64,000 bases of DNA, taken from positions 24,676 to 88,675 of the IMG/VR virus record IMGVR_UViG_3300040809_000464; one strand, written 5' to 3'. This DNA comes from a virus. Both the position numbers and the translations under genes were made by a program. Shown here piece by piece: positions 56,839-64,000 of this stretch. The stretch's first letter is position 1, and every line of letters starts with the position of its first letter. A model generated the notes under the pieces. It ran no database searches, was not told where the DNA came from, and worked only from the letters and a program-made list of their open reading frames with translations.

Positions 56839-57279
56839 ATGACTACATTAATGGAACACTACAGAAAGTGTAAAAACAATAGAGAAGACATCACCACTTT
56901 ATATCTATCTATGAAGACAGAACTCCAAAGCTACATCGAAGAGGAGAGGTCCCTAGAGAAGTATCTGGAGAAGAATTACATCTGCTCTTCTAAAGTTCCC
57001 TATGTAGCATCTAACTACCTCCCAGTAATAGAAGACCTACGAGAGTACCACCTATCAAATTCTCTATGTAGACTCTTCTATAGCAATACTATTAAGAAAC
57101 TCTACGATAAGATAGCCCCTCGTGTATTCCACACCTTCCCAGATGCTAGATGTATAATGGAACTTGAGAGGTATTTCACATTGAGTAGACTTATCCAGAG
57201 ACTAAAAGAAGACCTAAGAAAGTTTTATAAGATGTACAACCATTTAATAGATTATAATAAAAGGATAGCACCATTATGA
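56839..57279 (+). CDS. Hypothetical protein
   Basis: GAGGAG RBS. Confidence 0.5.
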   Translation: MTTLMEHYRKCKNNREDITTLYLSMKTELQSYIEEERSLEKYLEKNYICSSKVPYVASNYLPVIEDLREYHLSNSLCRLFYSNTIKKLYDKIAPRVFHTFPDARCIMELERYFTLSRLIQRLKEDLRKFYKMYNHLIDYNKRIAPL

Positions 57280-58094
57280 GAATTTACTACATGTCAGACA
57301 TCCACTTAGAGTTCTATCCTGTTAGTAACAACCCTAAGATAGTATTCCCTGTTAGTGATTACATTAAGATTAACTTCCCTGAAGATGCCCAGACCTCTAC
57401 GCTGGCTCTATGTGGGGATATCGGAATGGTGGACAGTCCTAAGAGGAGAGAACAATATCAAAAGTTTATTTCAAGACTGGCAGATGAATTCAAACACGTA
57501 ATCGTAATCCGTGGCAACCATGAATCTTACAGCTACTCCTTTGACAAAACTCCTAACAAGATAAGGGAGCTTATTAATGACACTGGTATATGGTACAATT
57601 CTAATATACATTTCCTAGATAATGAATTTTTAGAACTGGAAGGAAAATTAATATACGGTTCCCCGTTCTTCACAGACTTCTCAGGAGACTACCTTACAGA
57701 GTGGAACGTAAGCAAATCCTATAACGATTTTAAACGTGTGAGGAACAACCAACACAAAAGGAAGCTATCAACACAAGATTATATAGATTTCTATAAAGCT
57801 TCTGTAGAGCATTGTAAGACACGTTATCCAGATATCGTGTTATCCCATTACCTCCCTAGTTTAAGCCTCTTAGAATACTCTACAGGGACTCTAGATGGGG
57901 GTATGGGAGGGGAGGCTCTTAGGGATGTGACTTCTGATGGGAATAATCCTCCATCGGTGTGGATCTACGGTCATGATCACAGTAGAAAGGAAACTATGTT
58001 AGGGAATACACTATGCGTGTCCAACTGCTGGGGTTATTACGGTAATGAACACTTCAAGAAAGAGATGACATTTGATAAGTTTGTTGATGTGTGA
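57276..58094 (+). CDS. Calcineurin-like metallophosphoesterase
   Basis: SDIHLE, GDI, GNHE, SH.LP, GH.H motifs. Confidence 0.88.
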   Translation: MRIYYMSDIHLEFYPVSNNPKIVFPVSDYIKINFPEDAQTSTLALCGDIGMVDSPKRREQYQKFISRLADEFKHVIVIRGNHESYSYSFDKTPNKIRELINDTGIWYNSNIHFLDNEFLELEGKLIYGSPFFTDFSGDYLTEWNVSKSYNDFKRVRNNQHKRKLSTQDYIDFYKASVEHCKTRYPDIVLSHYLPSLSLLEYSTGTLDGGMGGEALRDVTSDGNNPPSVWIYGHDHSRKETMLGNTLCVSNCWGYYGNEHFKKEMTFDKFVDV

Positions 58095-58415
58095 GGGATG
58101 AAAACTTGAAAGGGATTTCTTTTTAGATTTGAGGACCTGAGAGGATCTTTAAATTAGGGAACGGAATAGATTTTCAAGACTGGCTAGAAAAATGAGATAC
58201 GAGTAAAGAATTCATTTCAAAATTTTGGAACCAAAGCGATTTTTCACACAGCCTCTCAGATTCCTTCTCTAAAAATTTGTAACGACGAAATATATCAAAT
58301 TCAATCACCAAATAACAGGCAGGGGTGGTGTTTTGATCTTTCCCCGTGGCTTTCGCCTTGGTAGCCTACCTTTTTAAGTGTCTTGCTGGACTGTTTTTCT
58401 CAATTTGTATGGTAA

Positions 58416-58444
58416 AGTGTAAAGGATTAACGCTTGAACGTCAA
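58416..58444 (-). promoter_or_regulatory. Sigma70-type promoter firing into a non-coding region
   Basis: TTGACG-N17-TACACT on the minus strand. Confidence 0.55.
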
Positions 58445-58461
58445 CCCTTTTGATAATTATA

Positions 58462-58683
58462 TTAGACCTCTTTTAAAACTATCGAATATTGTTCTTTCCC
58501 TTCTGACCATATTACATTTATAGTCCCGTTTTCATGTGTAATATTTAAAGAATCATAACTATATAGTAGTTCTAAAATATCGTTAAGTTTTATATTTTGT
58601 AAGCCTTCAATATTAGTTACATTAAAATAATCTTTTATATTATAACTTACGATAGTTAATACTTTCTTATATAATACTGTCAT
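58462..58683 (-). CDS. Hypothetical protein
   Basis: 73-aa AT-rich ORF in tandem with 58689..58913. Confidence 0.4.
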   Translation of the reverse strand: MTVLYKKVLTIVSYNIKDYFNVTNIEGLQNIKLNDILELLYSYDSLNITHENGTINVIWSEGKEQYSIVLKEV

Positions 58684-58688
58684 TGTTT

Positions 58689-58913
58689 TTAATACTCTTC
58701 AGGTTTACCGTGTGGATATATTCCGCCAAAAGTAGGGATATGTATTTTAACACTTATACATTCATTTTCAAGTATTTTAAACTTTCCCTTATCACTAGTT
58801 TCAAATGCTAACTTTTCTCTTATATTGCGATATCTACTCGCACGACATTTAAATTCTACAACTCTATGATAGCCATCTAGTATAAGATTGTAATAGTCAT
58901 TGTAAATACTCAT
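58689..58913 (-). CDS. Hypothetical protein
   Basis: 74-aa ORF; AAGG RBS upstream. Confidence 0.4.
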   Translation of the reverse strand: MSIYNDYYNLILDGYHRVVEFKCRASRYRNIREKLAFETSDKGKFKILENECISVKIHIPTFGGIYPHGKPEEY

Positions 58914-59140
58914 CTACATTATTAACCTTTATTTGTTTAATTTTCTTTAGTATATAGATTAGTTTCATATAGTCAAGCTATTAAGTTAATTTCTTTTATG
59001 AGTTATTCTTATATGTATATTACTTTTTAGTATGAATCTTTTTGAATTATTCTCTTGCTAATTAGAATTAGATCGCTAGTATTAGATGTATTGAAACGAG
59101 GCAATACTGCTTCAATGTTAAACTTAAAAAAGGTCTTATT

Positions 59141-59542
59141 ATGGACGCTATAAAACAAGCCAATCATTGCCGTAATACTTTAGTTAAAATGTTAAAAGTG
59201 TATAGTAAATATGAAGGTAAAAACTTAAACAGATATAAAAACTTAGAGGATATAGAAAATCTAAAACCCTTAATAGAGGACACACCTTTTAACATATCTG
59301 GTTTATTTTCTTGTCCTTACGTAGATCGTAAAAATGTTGATACTGTACAAATATCTCAGAAGATAGAGGAATTAGAAGGTATAATCTACGATCTTGATAC
59401 TGTTGAAACCGATCTATCTGAGCTAATAGAATTAACTATTTTAATTAAGAAGTATTCAGAAAAAAAGAAATTAATAATGAATAATTATAAAAATATCCCG
59501 ACCTATTTTATAGAAGACTTGATCCGTAAAGAATTAAAATAA
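59141..59542 (+). CDS. Early hypothetical protein
   Basis: AAGGT RBS; upstream promoter at 59055. Confidence 0.5.
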   Translation: MDAIKQANHCRNTLVKMLKVYSKYEGKNLNRYKNLEDIENLKPLIEDTPFNISGLFSCPYVDRKNVDTVQISQKIEELEGIIYDLDTVETDLSELIELTILIKKYSEKKKLIMNNYKNIPTYFIEDLIRKELK

Positions 59543-59631
59543 ATAACTCTCAAAGCTTGCATTATAAAAGTTATAGTGTAAGCTCTATCTAACAAGATAA
59601 TTATCTAACAAGATATAAAAAGGTTAAGACA

Positions 59632-59931
59632 ATGATCAACTACCTAGAACAAACTCAAAACGAAATTATTAAACAAGTATTTGATAATGATCTAACTTTA
59701 AAGTTTGGATTCAATAGCGGGGGTTATGAGTGCTTCCAATACTTCATTACTACGGATGGTGGGGTCTTATCATTGGATGCTGTACGGGATGAACTTAAGC
59801 AAGATCCGACACTATTTGACACAGACTGGGATCAACAATGGTATATCGTCGCTAGTGAGATTAACTATGAGAATAACGATCTTTACTGTGATCACACAAA
59901 TAAACTAATTGAGTCAGCATACGAGGATTAA
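59632..59931 (+). CDS. Early conserved hypothetical protein
   Basis: GGY...FIT.DG..L, INYE...LYCD...IESAY motif. Confidence 0.55.
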   Translation: MINYLEQTQNEIIKQVFDNDLTLKFGFNSGGYECFQYFITTDGGVLSLDAVRDELKQDPTLFDTDWDQQWYIVASEINYENNDLYCDHTNKLIESAYED

Positions 59932-59935
59932 TACA

Positions 59936-60028
59936 ATGGCTAAACAATACACTAACAAACAAGACAAGAAAGCACATAAACAGAGACGCAACGAACGCAA
60001 ACACAGAAGATCCTTCAATTGGAGCTAA
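59936..60028 (+). CDS. 30-aa basic peptide (not in the ORF track)
   Basis: MAKQYTNKQDKKAHKQRRNERKHRRSFNWS; GAGGA RBS. Confidence 0.5.
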   Translation: MAKQYTNKQDKKAHKQRRNERKHRRSFNWS

Positions 60029-60034
60029 ACTAGT

Positions 60035-60211
60035 ATGTTAATATTCTTTGCAATGCTAGTAGCCCTAGGAATCGTTGTAAGCTTCTTTATGTATACGTTC
60101 TGCCCTTTAGTAGTAAGACTGTTATGGCTAGCTATAGGGGGCGATCCTGAACGTTTTAAGCTACCAGTTAACACTAAACCAACAAGACAATCTGACAAAT
60201 TCTATCGTTAA
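60035..60211 (+). CDS. Small membrane protein (not in the ORF track)
   Basis: GGAG RBS; hydrophobic N-terminal half. Confidence 0.45.
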   Translation: MLIFFAMLVALGIVVSFFMYTFCPLVVRLLWLAIGGDPERFKLPVNTKPTRQSDKFYR

Positions 60212-60229
60212 ACTATTGGACTGATTACA

Positions 60230-60703
60230 ATGTCATTACTTAAATTATTTAACCTGAACAAGCAAGCACTAGAACAAGAAAACCTTGAAAAGCTATCTGA
60301 TACTGAATTACATAAACAGTTAACAACTTATGAAGTATTCGCCGCAGAGTACCTTGATCAACTGTATTACAATCTCAAAGATAAGCATAAGATGGCATTT
60401 CCTGAAGACTTCACGCGGCTTACCGACCACATAGTAAACACAACCTATTTTAAGGTGTGCTATACAGCTAACGATATCTTTACCCGGTTGATCTTTGTCC
60501 GTGACTATCTAACAGCATTCAATACGATTAACGATGAATATAACCAGATAGATTATTTTATTAGTGCTTTACAAGATGAGTTAAATACTATAGCGAGTGG
60601 GGCTAATGGATTAATCTATAGAAGATATGTTGAAGTAGTACGATCTAGGCGGTATAAAAATAAATTAAAAATATCTAAAATAAAGTTTGACATTAGAAGA
60701 TAG
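60230..60703 (+). CDS. Early hypothetical protein
   Basis: 157-aa ORF. Confidence 0.5.
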   Translation: MSLLKLFNLNKQALEQENLEKLSDTELHKQLTTYEVFAAEYLDQLYYNLKDKHKMAFPEDFTRLTDHIVNTTYFKVCYTANDIFTRLIFVRDYLTAFNTINDEYNQIDYFISALQDELNTIASGANGLIYRRYVEVVRSRRYKNKLKISKIKFDIRR

Positions 60704-60769
60704 ATCTATAAACTTAAGCATATCAAGACAACGCAACGACAATTAACAATTAAATATATTGGTGACATT

Positions 60770-61207
60770 ATGAAACTTTCAGATATCCGCAAACTTAAAA
60801 ACTTTTGTAATGCTTTAGATAGCGATCCTTGTTACAGAACGGTATTAGATAACGTACTGGCAGAATATGACGACTTTGAAGTTGACAACGTTAGATTCAT
60901 CAAAGCTTCAGAGATTGACGACATACAAGTTAATGAACTTGAAAGTGACGCGTATTGTTTAGGCTGTTTTAGATCTGAATTCTTAGCACGTATCACTGGC
61001 TTAGATTCTTCTTTGATTGATATCATTCAAGAGTCAGAAGGCTTTGAAAAGTTAGGCGAATGGCTTATCAATGAAGGGCACACTAAACAGATTCAAGAGG
61101 AATATTCAAGCTCAGACGGATACGGGCACCACTTTAACAGCTATGACTTTTCAGAAGAAGAAATAACTATAGATGGTATCGATTATTATGTATTCGATAA
61201 TCACTAA
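60770..61207 (+). CDS. Acidic early protein
   Basis: DG.GH.F.SYD..E motif; own promoter at 60687. Confidence 0.55.
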   Translation: MKLSDIRKLKNFCNALDSDPCYRTVLDNVLAEYDDFEVDNVRFIKASEIDDIQVNELESDAYCLGCFRSEFLARITGLDSSLIDIIQESEGFEKLGEWLINEGHTKQIQEEYSSSDGYGHHFNSYDFSEEEITIDGIDYYVFDNH

Positions 61208-61296
61208 ATAGTATTTACATTTAAATAGCTCTTGCTAAGCTTCAGGGGCTATCAACACTTAAACAAGTAACAACCAACCCAACACAGGCTAATACA

Positions 61297-61566
61297 ATGA
61301 ACACTTACAGCATTAACACATTAAACACTTTCACAACTACTCAATTAAAAGATATGCTCGACACTAAAGCCATGCAAGCGATCTATCTCAATAAGGTGCT
61401 TAAGAAATACTCTAATAGCCATACAGCAAAGCGCCTTATCACAACACAACTAAACAATATCAAAGCTTTCATTAGTGCGGCTCAAGAGATGGTTTATCTT
61501 AAACAGGATAACATTAATAACGATAACCAATATAGTAATATTAAAAAGATATATAAACTTGTGTGA
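61297..61566 (+). CDS. Early hypothetical protein
   Basis: Own promoter at 61214. Confidence 0.45.
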   Translation: MNTYSINTLNTFTTTQLKDMLDTKAMQAIYLNKVLKKYSNSHTAKRLITTQLNNIKAFISAAQEMVYLKQDNINNDNQYSNIKKIYKLV

Positions 61567-61999
61567 TCAATAGTTGCAATCTAACAAATAATAACTAAAC
61601 TGTAGAATATTGGAAACATCAAACGAGCAGCTAACAATGATCAAGCTTAAAAGAAAAAACTTTAAAGATTCTATGCTATACGGTTATATTTATTTTATTA
61701 GTCTTGTTAGTATGCCACTGGGTATGATGTTTATTTTACTTTGATTAATTTATTTAAAAAGGTGAATACAAAAATGTATATTTATATAGTGTTAGATAAT
61801 TCTAAAAGTTGTTATGATGCCGCTGGGATCTATGTAGAGGTATTCGGAACGCTTATAGAGGCTAAAGAGTTTATTAATAAGTATGATAACTATGACAGAC
61901 AATACTTCGAAATAATCAAAGAAAGTATTTGACATTCTAAGTAATAACCCTTAAGCTCTACCATAACACTTAACAAACTAAACCAACAGGTATAACACA

Positions 62000-62435
62000 A
62001 TGGCTAAACAAGATTATATTAACGCTTTCAATTCTTTTAATGATGCTATCGATTTAAAAGTTAAACATACTGGTATTGTCGGCACTGTACACGTCACCAC
62101 CGCCTCAGAATACTTTGAAGTATGAACACGGGGCAGAAGAAGATTGGGCTAACTGGTTAGATTCTGAAGGCTTAGATCAAGATTGTTCCTTAGAAGACGC
62201 CTTAAACGATAACTTTCCAGAAGACACCTATTCAGTATCATTCGAGCTTACTTATGAGTCTAGCAACGATGCTGTACAAGATGAGAACGCTATCGAGGAA
62301 TTAAAAAGAATGCTTAAGGGGGTGCTTGCTAAGTTGGATAAATGTAGCCCCACAGATGAATATATTGCTGAGGCTGTTAAGGATCTAAATGGTAATACAG
62401 TTGGCGATCTATCTTTAAGTATTGAAGCTGAATAG
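62000..62435 (+). pseudogene. Frameshifted acidic early gene (or sequencing error)
   Basis: ATG 62000 with AGGT RBS stops at TGA 62123-62125; the acidic C-terminal part continues in the +1 frame. Confidence 0.5.
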
Positions 62436-62446
62436 GGGATCTGGTA

Positions 62447-62708
62447 ATGAATACATTAACTGTCGGTGAACTAATAGAACAACTACAACAATATGATCAA
62501 GATATGCTAGTTGTATCATGTAGGTTATTTATAAATAATAAACTATGGGGATCGCTCCAACACTATGCAAGCAATACCCACAACAGAATTAAACGAGGTG
62601 TATCTATCTAAAGCGACCTATTCAGAGTCAGGCTATAAAGTGGTTGAAGATGGGGATCAACAAGAGGATGATCAAATGGTGGTGGTGTTGAATTATGAAG
62701 ATCTTTAA
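62447..62708 (+). pseudogene. Early gene interrupted by a short palindromic insertion
   Basis: MNTLTVGELIEQLQQYDQDMLVVSC / NYGDRSNTMQA...NYEDL in two frames, separated by AGGTTATTTATAAATAATA. Confidence 0.55.
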
Positions 62709-62734
62709 GTAATAACCCTATAATATCCCCCTAT

Positions 62735-62757
62735 AAAGCCCTCTACGGGCTTTTCTT
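62735..62757 (+). terminator. Intrinsic terminator ending the early cluster
   Basis: AAAGCCC-TCTAC-GGGCTTTTCTT. Confidence 0.75.
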
Positions 62758-62786
62758 GTATCTACCAACACCAATACCTTACCAAC

Positions 62787-63944
62787 CTATTAAAATAGCT
62801 TACAATTAAGCACAGGCTTATTAAGACTATATATTAATAATACCTATTAAGATCAACACTTTAAGCTATTACATACCTTAATAGGGGCAGCTTAGCTGCG
62901 GGTTTATTAAGCTAATTCTATTAAGATTGATCTATTAAGAAAGGGCTATTAAGACTGTACATCTTAAAGGGTTGGTATGTAGGGGGTAATTTGGTACTGT
63001 GTAGTACCATCTAAGGTAGTATGTTTAATAGTATAACTGTTTAGGTGGATCTTATTGGTATAGCTTTGTAGGGTGCATTATAGCGGGGATTTGTAGGTGG
63101 GACTTGGGGGGATGGTCTATCTGTGGGTGTTAGACCTAAAAAGATCCCCCTGTCAAGTACTTTTTAAGAATAATTATGCAGAAAAGTGAATAAATATGTA
63201 TATCCTTGACCAATACTATACAGGTCTAATCTATAACGGAACATTCTAAAGGGGTACTTGACAGATACCTGATTATGTGATTCTGATTAGGGGGCTTATT
63301 AAGATGAGCTATTAGGGTTGGCATGATAGGTGCTATTGCAAGGATTAGACCAATAGAGGTAGGCGCTATATAAGAATAGTCTATTAGGTAGTAGCATAAC
63401 TACCATTGATTAAGCTTTACATATTAAGACTAATCTATTAAGATCTAGATACACCTTAAGAAATGAGAGTATATAAAATGAATACAGCAAGAGAGTTAGA
63501 GCTATTGAATGGTAAGTTATCTATTGAGGCTTTAGAGGCTAAAGCTAAACAGTTAGCAATAAACACGTTGCACTATAACACTAGTAGCACATATGATTTT
63601 AAGGATGGCTCACTGGTAACGTTTATTACATTAAAGAGTTTTGATATAGGTAGGATTATGCAAGTACAAGATAACAGAGTTTAAAAACTAAAAAGGAAAA
63701 TTAAGATCAAAGACTGGATTAAATAATAGATTATCGATTTCTAATAGAGGTAGTCTATTAAAGATAATCTATTAAGAATAACCTATTAAGCTACCATCTA
63801 TTAGGATCATAGATTAAGCTATATGTCAAATAAATATCAGTGATAACCTCTATTAATCTGAATGATACTATGGTTGGCACACTTATTGATCTAGCTATTA
63901 AGGTAGACCTATTAAGAATACCCTATTAATAGAACACTATTAAG
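62787..63944 (+). repeat. Clustered CTATTAAG-type direct repeats with ~14-bp phasing
   Basis: About 10 exact and a similar number of near-match copies, all on the + strand. Confidence 0.85.
63463..63684 (+). CDS. Hypothetical protein embedded in the repeat region
   Basis: 73-aa ORF with a weak RBS. Confidence 0.4.
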   Translation: MRVYKMNTARELELLNGKLSIEALEAKAKQLAINTLHYNTSSTYDFKDGSLVTFITLKSFDIGRIMQVQDNRV

Positions 63945-64000
63945 ATGAGTCTGTCAAAGGGTTATGATGATATCATAGTTATATAGTATATGAGAATGTT

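Noticed and set aside
62522-62545. Palindromic insertion as a dif/Xer site
   Set aside because: Lacks the 11-6-11 XerC/XerD arm architecture.
62787-63944. CTATTAAG arrays as a mini-CRISPR or TIGR-like guide array
   Set aside because: 8-nt cores and 6-nt linkers are too short to serve as guides, and no adjacent effector gene was recognised in the window.
1-64000. tRNA/rRNA genes, stop-codon reassignment, restriction-site avoidance
   Set aside because: No cloverleaf or rRNA-like sequence was seen; genes read intact in the standard code; k-mer depletion cannot be judged without computation.

Overview
A 64-kb segment of a lytic, AT-rich tailed phage with a contractile tail (myovirus), probably infecting a gammaproteobacterium (inferred from an RdgC-like gene and sigma70-type promoters). 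Positions 1-33.2 kb (+) hold the virion module: 5'-truncated portal, S49 protease/scaffold, decoration protein, major capsid, a cluster of accessory head/neck fibre proteins, a small membrane/holin-like cassette, neck, sheath, tube, a tail chaperone with a lambda-type -1 frameshift site, tape measure, baseplate and three tail spikes. Positions 33.3-43.1 kb (-) hold a T7-like replication block (SSB, RdgC-like, HNH, family A DNA polymerase, primase-helicase). Positions 43.2-58.1 kb (+) hold middle/early genes (HTH, a small PolA/T7-RNAP-fold protein, DNA ligase, DUF4326, two HNH nucleases, DenV, metallophosphoesterase). Positions 58.1-64 kb hold small early genes with dense promoters, ending in phased CTATTAAG repeat arrays. 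No tRNA, rRNA, CRISPR array, integrase, reverse transcriptase, terminase or endolysin was recognised. Best novelty candidates: (1) two paralogous 21-aa YD-like repeat proteins whose units vary at the same alternating positions; (2) an HTH + hairpin/ori-like tract + minimal PolA/T7-RNAP-like enzyme, in a genome whose primase-helicase lacks its zinc-binding domain; (3) a 21-aa peptide / multi-TM protein / hidden single-TM ORF / holin-like cassette; (4) two small non-structural-region ORFs that begin with the tail-spike N-terminal motif; (5) 14-bp-phased repeat arrays with sigma54-like sites. All product calls come from motif recognition and synteny by eye; no database searches were run.
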